Origin: an uncultured delta proteobacterium
GTDB taxonomy: Bacteria; Myxococcota_A; Polyangia; Fen-1088
DNA: 64,000 nucleotides
Direction of reading: 5' to 3'
Assembly (NCBI GenBank): GCA_963796685.1
Contig: CAWCMR010000010.1
Coordinates: 128,001 to 192,000, forward strand
Shown piece by piece: positions 30,683 through 42,122 of the stretch. The number at the start of each line of letters is the position of its first letter. Within the stretch, counting starts at the first letter, position 1. Under the pieces are notes generated by a model. That model had not been told where the DNA came from and searched no databases. It was given only the letters and a program-made list of their open reading frames with translations. A program made the position numbers and the translations under genes.

Positions 30683-30739
30683 CCCCTCACCGGCCGCGCT
30701 TCGCGCGTCGGCCTCTCCCCGCGTGCCCGCGGGGCGAGG
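30683..30739. repeat. REP-like hairpin element (related copy at ~41970-42013)
   Basis: CCCCTCACC...CCTCTCCCCGC..GCGGGGCGAGG and CCCTTCATCCC..CTTCTCACCGC..GCGGGGGAGAAGGGG. Confidence 0.45.
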
Positions 30740-30877
30740 CGATAGGGCCGCTGCGCGGCCGCTACAAAACAGCGTCCGGGCTCAGAGGCGGGCTCTCAGG
30801 ACCTTGAAAGGGCTGGCCTTGAGGGCACGAAGACTACGGAGCGATCCAGGCCTGGCCGTTCGTTGTTTGTAGCCCAC

Positions 30878-31720
30878 CTACTGTCCGGTTGCCGCCTTAC
30901 GGCTGGACCTGAACAAGAGCAACATGATGAGCGGCAGTACCAGGGCGAGGGGGGCGTGACCGGCGAGAAGGTGCGCGGGTGAGGCATCGGGGCAATGAAG
31001 CTCGAGGCCGATCAGCCCCGCCAGGGCGCCCGCGGTCGCGGGCAGCAGCCAGAAGCCGGGGACGCGTCTTCCGCGCCGGCCCAGCAGGGCCACCATGGCG
31101 ATGACCGGCAGGGCGATGGCGCTGCCGAAGGCGAAGCACGAGGCCGCGCGGAAGAGCGCCCCGTGGCCGGCCGGCGCAGACAAGATCGGCACGGTTCCCA
31201 CGACGATGGGCAGGGCGGCGATCATCCAGGGCAGGAGCAGGGCGGCGGTGAGGATGATGAAGAGCGTCCGAGCTCGCGGCTGCACCTTGTGCATGGGGCG
31301 CAGCCACAACCAACACGTCGCCAGCGCCATGACCAGGAGCCCGGCGATCTCGCCCCCCAGGCGAGCGGCCGGAAAGAAGCCGAGATCGGGTCGATGCTTG
31401 GCGAGCCCGACCACGACGGGGATGAGCAAGCCCGCACCGGCGAGCAACCACCGCGTGCGGCTGCCCAGGCTGCCGATTCGGGCGGGAAATCGTCGTTCGC
31501 CGGCAAGCAGCCGTTCGATCTCTTGCTCTTGCTCCTGGAACGAAGGCGCCGGTGGGGTGTCGCTGGCCGGCATCTCGGCGTCGGCGAGAAAACGGGCGAG
31601 AGAGCCGTTGTCCTCGACCAGATCTCGGCACGCCGGGCACTCGTCGAGATGGCGCTTGGCCTCCGGCGAGGCGGCGTCGCCGCCGCCCAGGACCCTTTGC
31701 CTGATCTGCGCGCAGTCCAT
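30878..31720 (-). CDS. anti-sigma factor (HxxxCxxC zinc motif plus NrsF/DUF1109-like membrane domain)
   Basis: HLDECPAC, about six TM helices, C-terminal LHCP..S..HLL.GH. Confidence 0.75.
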   Translation of the reverse strand: MDCAQIRQRVLGGGDAASPEAKRHLDECPACRDLVEDNGSLARFLADAEMPASDTPPAPSFQEQEQEIERLLAGERRFPARIGSLGSRTRWLLAGAGLLIPVVVGLAKHRPDLGFFPAARLGGEIAGLLVMALATCWLWLRPMHKVQPRARTLFIILTAALLLPWMIAALPIVVGTVPILSAPAGHGALFRAASCFAFGSAIALPVIAMVALLGRRGRRVPGFWLLPATAGALAGLIGLELHCPDASPAHLLAGHAPLALVLPLIMLLLFRSSRKAATGQ

Positions 31721-31781
31721 GTCAGCCTGTCTCGCGGCATCTTCCCACCGCTCGGGATTTCGTACATCCTCGAATCATTCA

Positions 31782-31806
31782 TACGAAAGACTCCCGGCAT
31801 GGTTAC
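31782..31806 (-). promoter_or_regulatory. ECF-sigma promoter GTAACC-N15-CGTA upstream of the anti-sigma gene
   Basis: GTAACC ATGCCGGGAGTCTTT CGTA; same motif as 32430-32454. Confidence 0.65.
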
Positions 31807-32378
31807 ACCTCGCGACCAAGATCCAGGTTTTCGCGCAGGCGCGTGTAGGCGCGGTGGGCGCGAACCTTCACGGCGCTGAGCGATACGCCGAGGGTCGCGG
31901 CAACCTCGGGCAGGGGAATCCCGCCGAACCAGTGCAACTCCACCACCTGGCGTTGATCCGGGGAAAGCGTCGCCAGCGCGGCGTGCAAGCGCTCCGCCCG
32001 CCGCCGTCTTTGCAGCACGTCGGCTGGCGTGTCGGCATCGATCTGCGGCGGCGCTTGCTCGATGGGCTCTTCGCGCCTGCGGCCGACGGTGCGCCAGCGA
32101 TCCCGTATCAGGTTGTAGGCGATGGTGAGCAGCCACGGTCGCAGCGGCTCGCCCGTACGGTAATCGTTGCGGGCGCGGTGGAGCTGCAGAAAGGTTTGCT
32201 GGACCAGGTCGCGGCTCTCGTCGTCGGATGCGACCTTGCCGCGCACGACGCGGGCGAGCAAGGGGGCATAGCGCGCGAATAGCTGGCGAAACGCGTCCTG
32301 GTCACCTCCGACGTACGCGGCCATCAGCTGCTCATCGCTGACGCCCGCCGACTGGGTTGGATCTTCCAATTCTCCCAT
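31803..32378 (-). CDS. ECF RNA polymerase sigma factor
   Basis: DEQLM...[47 protein letters not shown]. Confidence 0.9.
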   Translation of the reverse strand: MGELEDPTQSAGVSDEQLMAAYVGGDQDAFRQLFARYAPLLARVVRGKVASDDESRDLVQQTFLQLHRARNDYRTGEPLRPWLLTIAYNLIRDRWRTVGRRREEPIEQAPPQIDADTPADVLQRRRRAERLHAALATLSPDQRQVVELHWFGGIPLPEVAATLGVSLSAVKVRAHRAYTRLRENLDLGREV

Positions 32379-32429
32379 GCTTCGCAGCGTGGAATCTACC
32401 CGTACCGCGGCTCGTCGCCCACCCAAAGC

Positions 32430-32454
32430 GTAACCAAAGCCGGATCCGGCCGTA
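32430..32454 (+). promoter_or_regulatory. ECF-sigma promoter GTAACC-N15-CGTA upstream of msrBA-dipZ
   Basis: GTAACC AAAGCCGGATCCGGC CGTA. Confidence 0.65.
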
Positions 32455-32527
32455 TGCACCGATGGACGACCGTTCTCGGAGCTGGCACCGACGAACAGGC
32501 GTTCGTGGCATCCAAAAGGAGAGGACG

Positions 32528-33628
32528 ATGACAAAGGCAACAAAAGCGGAGCTGGCAGGTCTGATTTCAATCGTGGCGGTCGTGGTGGCGGGCCTGGCGA
32601 CGGCGCTCTACGCGGCCACGACCGGCGGCCATGCCCGCGCGGTCGCCCTCAACCAAGGCGTGGCCTGGGAGCCGGGAGCGAGCTGGAGCAAGGAGACCCG
32701 AGTCAAGCAGCTCTCGCCGATTCAGTACCAGGTCACCCAGGAAAGCGGTACCGAGCCGCCCTTCCACAACGAGTACTGGAACAACCACCGGCCGGGCGTT
32801 TACGTCGACGTGGTGTCGGGCGAGCCGCTCTTTCTATCGAAGGACAAATTCGATTCGGGCACCGGCTGGCCGAGCTTCACCCGACCCATCGAGCCCGGCC
32901 ACGTGGTGACCAGGACCGACGATTCGCTGTTCGTCACGCGGGTCGAGGTTCGCTCCGCCCTTGCCGATTCGCACCTCGGACACGTCTTCGACGATGGTCC
33001 CGCGCCCACCGGGAAGCGCTACTGCATCAACTCGGCAGCGCTGCGCTTCATTCCCGTCGAGCAGATGGCGGCGGCGGGTTACGGCCAGTATCTGCCCATG
33101 CTGGGCGTGGCCGCGCCCGTCGCGGCGAGCGCGGACCCCGGCAGCAAGGCCGTGGCGACTCTGTCGGGCGGCTGCTTCTGGGGGGTGCAGGAGCTGATTC
33201 GCAAATTGCCCGGTGTGTTGGAGAGCACCGTGGGCTACACCGGCGGCACGACCGAGAATCCCGACTATGAGCAGGTTCATACCGGCACCACCGGCCACGC
33301 CGAGGCCGTGCAGATCGTCTTCGATCCCAAGGTCCTCTCCTACGAGAACCTTTTGCGCTATTTCTTCCGCCTGCACGACCCCACCACGCTCGATCGTCAG
33401 GGCAACGATCGGGGAACGCAATACCGGTCTGCGATTTTCTACCACAACGAGGAACAGCGGCGGATCGCGGAGCGCGTGAAGGCGGAGGTCGATCGCTCCG
33501 GCAAGTGGCCGGCCAAGGTCGTCACCCAGATCGTGCCGGCGGGGCCGTTCTACCCCGCCGAAGACTACCACCAGGACTACCTGCAAAAGCACCCGGGTGG
33601 TTACACCTGTCACTACCTGCGCGACTGA
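32528..33628 (+). CDS. msrAB: exported bifunctional methionine sulfoxide reductase (MsrB-MsrA)
   Basis: N-terminal TM; [23 protein letters not shown]; [22 protein letters not shown]. Confidence 0.92.
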   Translation: MTKATKAELAGLISIVAVVVAGLATALYAATTGGHARAVALNQGVAWEPGASWSKETRVKQLSPIQYQVTQESGTEPPFHNEYWNNHRPGVYVDVVSGEPLFLSKDKFDSGTGWPSFTRPIEPGHVVTRTDDSLFVTRVEVRSALADSHLGHVFDDGPAPTGKRYCINSAALRFIPVEQMAAAGYGQYLPMLGVAAPVAASADPGSKAVATLSGGCFWGVQELIRKLPGVLESTVGYTGGTTENPDYEQVHTGTTGHAEAVQIVFDPKVLSYENLLRYFFRLHDPTTLDRQGNDRGTQYRSAIFYHNEEQRRIAERVKAEVDRSGKWPAKVVTQIVPAGPFYPAEDYHQDYLQKHPGGYTCHYLRD

Positions 33629-33649
33629 CCCGACTGAAAGGAGCCTGCC

Positions 33650-35464
33650 ATGACCGTGTTCTTGACGCTGTTCGCGGCCGGGGTGCTCACCATCCTCTTG
33701 CCGTGCATTCTTCCCCTGGTGCCCATCGTTCTCGGAGTGAGCGTGGCGGGCAAGCACAAGGCCCGTCCACTGGTGACGGTGACCGGCATGGTGGTGAGCT
33801 TCGTCGTCTTCACCTTCCTCCTGCAGGTCGTCTTGCGCCAACTGGTCCACCTGGCCGTCATCATGCGCATCGCGACCTACTACGCCCTGTTTCTCTTCGG
33901 CATTTGCTTCCTGTTCAGCCGCACCTACGTGCAAATCGCGCTGGCCGCTCTTGGCGCCCTTCCGCTCTTCTGGGGACAGGGATGGCCGGCCCTGGTCGTG
34001 TCGCCCTTGCTCGGCGTCGCCGCGGTGGCCTTGGGCGGTCGCGTGGCCACGCGCATTCAACAACTCGGCGCTGACGCCCAGCAAAGCGTGCGCAAGGGGC
34101 TTGGCGCCGAGTCGCTCTTGTCCGCCTTGGTCGTCGGGCTTACCCTGGGACTGGTTTGGGTGCCGTGCGCGGGGCCCGCGCTTGGTTTCGCGCTGACCCT
34201 GGTGCGCGACGAGCCGGGACCACGCGCCCTCTTGGCCTTGTCGGCCTATGCGATTGGCGCCGCCATGCCGCTCCTGCTCATCGGCTACGGTGGTCAATCG
34301 ATGGTGCGCTCGGCACGCTGGCTCAATCGCTACAGCGGCCGCATCAAGCAAGTCTCGGGCGCGTTGCTCGTGCTCTCGGCGGCAGCGTTGCAGTACAACG
34401 TCTTCACCAACGCGCAAACGTGGCTGGCCGATCGCACCGGTTTCGGCAACCTCGGCTCGCGCATCGAAGGGCGGTTGTTCAGCAAAGCCATGGCCGCTCC
34501 CATGTCGCCACAGACAAGCGCCCCGCTGCCCGGCGAGCATCTGCCCAAGCTGCCCAAGCTGGGCCCCGCGCCCGAGTTTGCCGGCCTCGGTCCCTGGTAC
34601 AACTCCGCGCCGCTGACCCTGGCCGGCCTGCGGGGCAAGGTCGTTCTCGTCGATTTTTGGACCTATAGCTGCATCAACTGCCTTCGCACCCTGCCGCACA
34701 TGCGCGAGCTTTGGGCGAAGTACCACGACCAGCCTTTCGTCATCGTGGGCGTGCACGCGCCCGAGTTCGCGTTCGAAAAGAGCCCGGCCAACGTGGCCGA
34801 CGCCATCAAGCGCCACGGGCTCGACTACCCCATCGCCCAGGACAACGATTTCGGCACGTGGAAGGCCTTTGGCAACCACTACTGGCCGGCCAAGTACCTC
34901 ATCGATGCCCAAGGCGTCCTTCGCTACACCCACTTCGGCGAGGGCGGAGACGAGGCGACGGATGCGGCCATTCGCAGCTTGCTGGCAGAGATTGGTCACA
35001 CGACCGGTGGAGCCATGCGTGCCGAGCGCGCAGAGACACCCGATCTGCCGATGTCGCCGGAGACCTACCTTGGTCCGCGCGGGTGGACCGCGTTCGCCAA
35101 CCGCGCGGGCGCGCCCGATGCCCGCCAACATCTCTATATGGCGCCTGCCAATGTGGCCGCCGACCATTTCGCGCTGGTGGGCGATTGGCAGCTCCTCGGC
35201 GACGAGCGCCAGGTCTTGCGCTCGGACACCGGCGAAATCCGCTACCACGCCCTGGCCAGCCAGGTCAACCTGGTGCTCGGTGTCGAGTCAGGCTCCGGGC
35301 CGATCGTGGCCGAGGTGAGCGTGGATGGAAAGCCCACCAAGCGGCTCACCGTAGACCGCCACGACCTGTACAACCTGTTCACCGGCCCCTATGGCCAGCA
35401 CGAGATCACGCTCAAGGTGCGAGGGAAGAACTTGGCCGCCTACGCCTTTACCTTCGGAGCGTGA
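33650..35464 (+). CDS. dipZ: DipZ-like CcdA + thioredoxin fusion
   Basis: PCILP, WVPCAGP, VDFWTYSCINC, HAPEF, SPETYLG, YAFTFG. Confidence 0.88.
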   Translation: MTVFLTLFAAGVLTILLPCILPLVPIVLGVSVAGKHKARPLVTVTGMVVSFVVFTFLLQVVLRQLVHLAVIMRIATYYALFLFGICFLFSRTYVQIALAALGALPLFWGQGWPALVVSPLLGVAAVALGGRVATRIQQLGADAQQSVRKGLGAESLLSALVVGLTLGLVWVPCAGPALGFALTLVRDEPGPRALLALSAYAIGAAMPLLLIGYGGQSMVRSARWLNRYSGRIKQVSGALLVLSAAALQYNVFTNAQTWLADRTGFGNLGSRIEGRLFSKAMAAPMSPQTSAPLPGEHLPKLPKLGPAPEFAGLGPWYNSAPLTLAGLRGKVVLVDFWTYSCINCLRTLPHMRELWAKYHDQPFVIVGVHAPEFAFEKSPANVADAIKRHGLDYPIAQDNDFGTWKAFGNHYWPAKYLIDAQGVLRYTHFGEGGDEATDAAIRSLLAEIGHTTGGAMRAERAETPDLPMSPETYLGPRGWTAFANRAGAPDARQHLYMAPANVAADHFALVGDWQLLGDERQVLRSDTGEIRYHALASQVNLVLGVESGSGPIVAEVSVDGKPTKRLTVDRHDLYNLFTGPYGQHEITLKVRGKNLAAYAFTFGA

Positions 35465-35479
35465 CTGCCCCTCGGCCGG

Positions 35480-38400
35480 CTACGGGGGCAGGTAGATGAT
35501 GGCCTTACACGATGACGTGCACAGGCCGTCTTGGCCGTTGCCGGCGCCATCGTCGCACTCCTCGGTCCCGTTGACGATGCTGTCGCCACAGTGTGGCGCC
35601 AGCTTGCACTGGGGCGTACACCCGCCGTAGGAGCCGTCGAGAATACCGTCGTCGCAGGTCTCGGGTCCGTTGACGATGCCATCGCCGCAGTGGGGGGCGT
35701 AGATACAGCCCGGCGCGCAGGCCCCGTAGTCGCCGTTGTTCAGCGCCGAACCGTCGTCGCATTCCTCGGGTGGCTCGATCAAGCCGTCGCCGCATCCGCC
35801 CGGCAGCTTGCACGCCCGCGTGCAATTGGGATCGTCCGACATCTGCGGCTCGCACTCTTCGTTGTAGTCGGTCTGGACGATGCCGTCCCCGCACCTGGGC
35901 GCGGACGTGCAATCGGGATTGCACGTTCCATAGGTGCCATCGTTGACGCCGTCGTCGCACTGCTCGCTGCCGTTCGGAATGCCGTCGCCGCAGCGCCCGC
36001 CGCGCTTGCAGTTCGACATGCAGCCGCCGTAGGCGACCTTGGGATCGCTGGTGGTGGCGTTGTCGGGGCCGTCGTCGCACTCTTCGTCGAAGTCGGTCTG
36101 CAAGACCCCGTCGCCACAACGCGGGGGCAGCTTGCATCCGGCGGCGCAGCCATTGGTCGCGCCGTAGTCGTCGTTGTTGGTGCCGTTGTCGCACTCCTCG
36201 CCGTCGCTGGTCACGCCATCGCCACAGAAGGGACCCCATTTGCACTCCGAGGTGCAGCCGTTGTGCGCGGGGTTGTCGTTGGGGCCGGCGCAGCTGGCGG
36301 GCACGGGCACCTTGCCGTTGCCGCAGTCGCACTCCTCGTCGCCGACGATGACGCCGTCGCCACACGTGGGCTCGCATTCGGTCGGGGCGGCGTTGAAGCC
36401 GCTCAGGGTGAGCTTGTAGGACGAGCAGGTGGTTTGCCGCTCGGCCTGGAACACCGCGATTTGGTAGACGTTGCCCGACTTCATGTTGTTGAACTTGGCG
36501 GCCGCGGCCGCGTCGAGCGTCACCTTGTCCTCGACCGGCATGTGGATGCCGCCGATGTCGAGAGCCAGCTTCTTGTTGATGAAGACCCAGACGTCGTCGT
36601 CACCGACGAAATCGAGCGTGTAGCTCTTGGTCGAGTCGTACTTGAACCAATAGCGTACCTCGCTGGTGAAGCTGAAGTTGTGCATGACGACGTTCCCGGC
36701 GGCATCCACGTCCTTTGGCCAGGTTCCCTGCGGATCGTAAAGCGGGGGAATCTGTGCATAGGTCGCGTCGGCGGCCGAAAAGTTGTCGCCGTCGACGGGG
36801 AAGAAGAGCGGATCTCCGTCGACCGCCGAGTCGATGAAGCGCGCACTGTAGGAGCCGTTGCTGGTCGTGCAGCTCCCCGGCAGCATGGTCAGTCCGGCCG
36901 CGGTCTTCGTGTCACAGTCGGTCGAGCCGTACTGCGACGTGCAGGGGATGGGGTCGCCGGTGGTCGGATCGGTTTGTTCGGCCCCTACGTTGCCGCAGTA
37001 GTAGGCCGGCTCGGTATTGTACCACTGCGCCCCGTTGGGATCGTGGCGGTTGACGTACGCCCCCGCATCGCTCTTCCACAGCGTCAGCTTGCCGGACGTC
37101 GGGTGGTTCACCCCCGAGGTGTTGTGCCACCACGTCGCGAAGGAGGTGGTGCTCTGGACGTGAACGGCGCCGCCGGGGCTCGCGGGGTTCGCGTACACGG
37201 GTTCTCCATCGCTGCCGAGGTCGGGATTGACCATACCAGGGGAAGCCGCCGCCGAGCCCGTGACCCCGTTTTCGAAGTCATTACCGTTCGGAGTGACATC
37301 CTTGCTGAACTTGAAGTCGCGGTAGAGCGCCGGCACCAACATCTTCTCGCCGAGGTCGGGCTGTTTACAGGTCCAGCCGGGTTCCACCTTGCAGTCCTTC
37401 GAGCACCCGTCGCCGCTGCCCGCGTTGCCGTCGTCGCAGTCCTCATTGAGCACGATGCCGTCGCCACACGTCGAGGTGCACGAGTCGCCCTTGCAATCCG
37501 GCTCCAATTGGCAGTCTATGGAGCAACCGTCAAAGGGCAGATTGTTGCCGTCGTCGCAGCCCTCGGCGCCTTCGATCTTGCCGTCGCCACAGGTGGTGGG
37601 GGTGCACTTCGTGCCGTTGCAATTCCAGCCCAGCTCGAGGTGGCACGTGGCGGAGCAACCGTCGCCGCTCGTCGTGTTGCCGTCGTCGCAACCCTCGACA
37701 CCCGACTTGACGCCATCCCCGCACTTGGGTGTGCACGGCTTGCCCACCACGCGACACTGGAAGCCGGTCTCGACGGCCATGCAATCGCCCGAGCAGCCGT
37801 CGCCACTGGCGGTGTTGCCGTCGTCGCATTTTTCGCTGCCTTCGAGAGAGCCGTTGCCGCACTTCGTGACCGGGCATGTACACACCTGGCCCGGCGTGCA
37901 TACGCAACCCGCGCCCTTGGTCTTGCAGTCGGCGGAGCAGCCATCGCCGTCTTGCTGGTTGCCGTCGTCGCAAACCTCGCCGATGGTGGGCTGAACCACC
38001 CCGTCTCCGCAGCGCGGGGCCGCCTTGCACGGCTGTCCCGGATTCGGGCACACCCAGCCGCCCTCCAGCTTGCACGTGCTGCTGCAGCCGTCGCCACTCT
38101 GGGTGTTGCCGTCTTCGCAGTCCTCTCCGGCTTCGATACGCTTGTTGCCGCACACCGAGTTGCGCACGCAAGGCTGGCCGGCGACGCACAGGTAGGCGGG
38201 ATCTTGCACGGTGCAGGTGGCGTTGCAGCCATCGTCATCCACGGTGTTGCCGTCGTCGCAAACCTCGCCCGGTCCGATCTGCCCGTCCCCACAGACGATG
38301 CTCCTGGTGCACTTGCCCTGTTTCGGGCAGGTCCAGTTCTTCTCGACCTTGCAGGCGCCATTGCAGCCGTCGCCCGGCAACACGTTGCCGTCATCGCACT

Positions 38401-38731
38401 CCTCGATGCCGTCCTGGTTGTTGATGCCGTCGCCGCAGCCCTCGGGGAACTGCGCCACGCAGCCTGCGGTGTTGGTGCCACTGCAGGCCGAGGTCCCAGA
38501 CGTGCCGCCGCCGGACGGGACCGCTCCGTCGAGCTTGATGGTGACGCCGCCACCTCCGCTGGTTCCGGAGCTGCCGCCGCCTTTACCCGTTCCAGCCGAT
38601 CCCCCGGAGCCCTCGATCGCCGCGTTGGTGCAGGCGGTCCCAGCGAACGCGAGAAACGCCGCCAAGCCCACCCCTGCCAGATGGCCAGAGAACCGACCAT
38701 GCTCCGAGAGTCTGCTGTGCGCTGTTGTCAT
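35480..38731 (-). CDS. myxococcal cysteine-rich repeat (DUF4215) fibro-slime domain lipoprotein
   Basis: Many CGDG...ECDDGN...GDGCS repeats; HNFSFTSEVRYWF...GDDDVWVFIN...FQAER fibro-slime core. Confidence 0.88.
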   Translation of the reverse strand: MTTAHSRLSEHGRFSGHLAGVGLAAFLAFAGTACTNAAIEGSGGSAGTGKGGGSSGTSGGGGVTIKLDGAVPSGGGTSGTSACSGTNTAGCVAQFPEGCGDGINNQDGIEECDDGNVLPGDGCNGACKVEKNWTCPKQGKCTRSIVCGDGQIGPGEVCDDGNTVDDDGCNATCTVQDPAYLCVAGQPCVRNSVCGNKRIEAGEDCEDGNTQSGDGCSSTCKLEGGWVCPNPGQPCKAAPRCGDGVVQPTIGEVCDDGNQQDGDGCSADCKTKGAGCVCTPGQVCTCPVTKCGNGSLEGSEKCDDGNTASGDGCSGDCMAVETGFQCRVVGKPCTPKCGDGVKSGVEGCDDGNTTSGDGCSATCHLELGWNCNGTKCTPTTCGDGKIEGAEGCDDGNNLPFDGCSIDCQLEPDCKGDSCTSTCGDGIVLNEDCDDGNAGSGDGCSKDCKVEPGWTCKQPDLGEKMLVPALYRDFKFSKDVTPNGNDFENGVTGSAAASPGMVNPDLGSDGEPVYANPASPGGAVHVQSTTSFATWWHNTSGVNHPTSGKLTLWKSDAGAYVNRHDPNGAQWYNTEPAYYCGNVGAEQTDPTTGDPIPCTSQYGSTDCDTKTAAGLTMLPGSCTTSNGSYSARFIDSAVDGDPLFFPVDGDNFSAADATYAQIPPLYDPQGTWPKDVDAAGNVVMHNFSFTSEVRYWFKYDSTKSYTLDFVGDDDVWVFINKKLALDIGGIHMPVEDKVTLDAAAAAKFNNMKSGNVYQIAVFQAERQTTCSSYKLTLSGFNAAPTECEPTCGDGVIVGDEECDCGNGKVPVPASCAGPNDNPAHNGCTSECKWGPFCGDGVTSDGEECDNGTNNDDYGATNGCAAGCKLPPRCGDGVLQTDFDEECDDGPDNATTSDPKVAYGGCMSNCKRGGRCGDGIPNGSEQCDDGVNDGTYGTCNPDCTSAPRCGDGIVQTDYNEECEPQMSDDPNCTRACKLPGGCGDGLIEPPEECDDGSALNNGDYGACAPGCIYAPHCGDGIVNGPETCDDGILDGSYGGCTPQCKLAPHCGDSIVNGTEECDDGAGNGQDGLCTSSCKAIIYLPP

Positions 38732-38998
38732 TGGGAACACCTCGTGCACGGGAAGCGAGTACAGAACGGTTTTCACCGTTTGGGGGACAGTATGGCAGTT
38801 TTCGAGCGCCTATTGCGCCAAGAATGGGCGTTATCGTGTGATCCAAGTAGGGGAAATCCACACCTTCCGACGGTCTTGCTGACGGTCCTGTCTGACTTTC
38901 CCGCCTAGGGGCTTGCCGACAGGATCGCCGCCCACACCCGCTCGACAAAAGGAATTCGGCGTTCGCAAGCTGCAGGAAGTCGTGGCAAAACAGGCGGC

Positions 38999-39847
38999 AT
39001 GTCGAGCGTCCAAGTTCTCACGACTCCCGCGTCCATGAGCGCCTGGTCCGAGGCGGCGCGGTCGCGCGGCGAGCGCATCGCCCTGGTTCCGACCATGGGC
39101 GCCTTGCACGCCGGCCATGTGTCGCTGCTGACAGCTGCGCGCAAGCGCGCCGATCGTGTCGTGCTTTCCATCTTCGTCAATCCGACCCAGTTTGGCCCCC
39201 AAGAGGATCTGGCGCGTTATCCTCGCGATCTCGACGGCGATCTGGCCAAGGCCGCGGGTGCCGGCAGCGACGCGGCCTTCGTGCCCGAGGCCAGGGACAT
39301 GTACCTGGCCGGCGCCCAGACCTTCGTCGAGGTCCGCGAGGTGTCGCAGGGCCTGTGCGGGGAGACCCGGCCCGGGCACTTCATCGGGGTGGCCACCGTG
39401 GTGTGCAAGCTGTTCAACATCGTTCGACCCCATCTCGCCATCTTCGGCGAAAAGGACTTCCAGCAGCTCGCGGTCATTCGCCGCATGGTCGCGGATCTGA
39501 ACATGCCCGTCGACATCGTCGGGCACCCGATCGTGCGCGAGCCCGACGGACTGGCCATGTCCTCGCGCAACGCCTATTTGTCGCCGTCCGAGCGCGTGCG
39601 GGCGCTGGCCATCTCGCAGGGGTTGTCGGCGGCGCGCGACCGCTTCGTCGCTGGCGAGCGGGACGCCGACGTGCTGGCGAAGGCAGCTCTCGACGTCCTC
39701 GAAGATCGCGTGGATCGAGTGGATTACGTCGAGCTCCGCGACGTCGATTCCCTGCGTCCGGTGCGCCGGCTGGACCGACTCGCCGTGATCCTTGCTGCGG
39801 CCTGGGTTGGCGCAACGAGACTTATCGACAACATGCGTCTTGAGTGA
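38999..39847 (+). CDS. panC: pantoate--beta-alanine ligase
   Basis: VPTMGALHAGH, SIFVNPTQF, RPGHF, FGEKDFQQ, DGLAMSSRN, RLIDN. Confidence 0.96.
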   Translation: MSSVQVLTTPASMSAWSEAARSRGERIALVPTMGALHAGHVSLLTAARKRADRVVLSIFVNPTQFGPQEDLARYPRDLDGDLAKAAGAGSDAAFVPEARDMYLAGAQTFVEVREVSQGLCGETRPGHFIGVATVVCKLFNIVRPHLAIFGEKDFQQLAVIRRMVADLNMPVDIVGHPIVREPDGLAMSSRNAYLSPSERVRALAISQGLSAARDRFVAGERDADVLAKAALDVLEDRVDRVDYVELRDVDSLRPVRRLDRLAVILAAAWVGATRLIDNMRLE

Positions 39848-39865
39848 AAATCATCCAAGCCCGGG

Positions 39866-39893
39866 TTGACAGGCCGTCTTTCGTGCATAGATT
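39866..39893 (+). promoter_or_regulatory. sigma70-type promoter of groESL
   Basis: TTGACA-N16-TAGATT. Confidence 0.6.
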
Positions 39894-39904
39894 GGCGCCT
39901 ACCA

Positions 39905-39931
39905 TTGGCAGTCACAAAACGAGACTGCCAA
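39905..39931 (+). promoter_or_regulatory. CIRCE (HrcA operator) variant
   Basis: TTGGCAGTC-N9-GACTGCCAA, a perfect inverted repeat upstream of groES. Confidence 0.85.
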
Positions 39932-39959
39932 CCAAGACCCATCACGGAGGCAAGATTCG

Positions 39960-40257
39960 ATGAAAGTTCGCCCACTTCATGATCGTATATTGGTTCGCCG
40001 CGTCGCCGAGGAAGAGAAGACGAAGGGCGGTATCATCATTCCCGACACCGCCAAGGAAAAGCCCGCCGAGGGCGAGGTCATCGCGGTGGGCGGCGGCAAG
40101 CCCAACGACAAGGGCACGGTTCGCGCCCTGGAAGTGAAGAAGGGCGACCGCGTCCTCTTCGGCAAGTACAGCGGCAACGAGATCAAGATTCGACGGCATC
40201 GAGCACATCATCCTGCGCGAGGAAGAAGTGCTGGGCGTGCTCGAGATCAACAAGTAA
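39960..40257 (+). CDS. groES: co-chaperonin GroES (apparent 1-bp frameshift near 40190)
   Basis: [12 protein letters not shown]...[16 protein letters not shown]...[11 protein letters not shown]; the other frame continues [16 protein letters not shown]. Confidence 0.92.
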
Positions 40258-41964
<1,707 letters not shown>

Positions 41965-42020
41965 AGAGGCCCTTCATCCCAGTCTTCTCACCGCGAAGCG
42001 GGGGAGAAGGGGTCGGAATT

Positions 42021-42066
42021 GCCCGTCGTTCGGTGGTCGGTTGGCCAACCAGCGGCGGGCTTTTTC
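42021..42066 (+). terminator. probable intrinsic terminator after groEL
   Basis: GCCCGTCG...CGGCGGGC stem followed by TTTTT. Confidence 0.6.
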
Positions 42067-42122
42067 GTACGAGCTCTCGCTCCCTGGCGAAAGCAGCAGC
42101 GCGGGGATAATCTCGACTTCCC

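Noticed and set aside
35531-38908. Long antisense ORFs (e.g. 1125 aa here, 54244-57483, 13273-15426)
   Set aside because: Shadow ORFs of high-GC genes on the opposite strand, with no recognisable motifs
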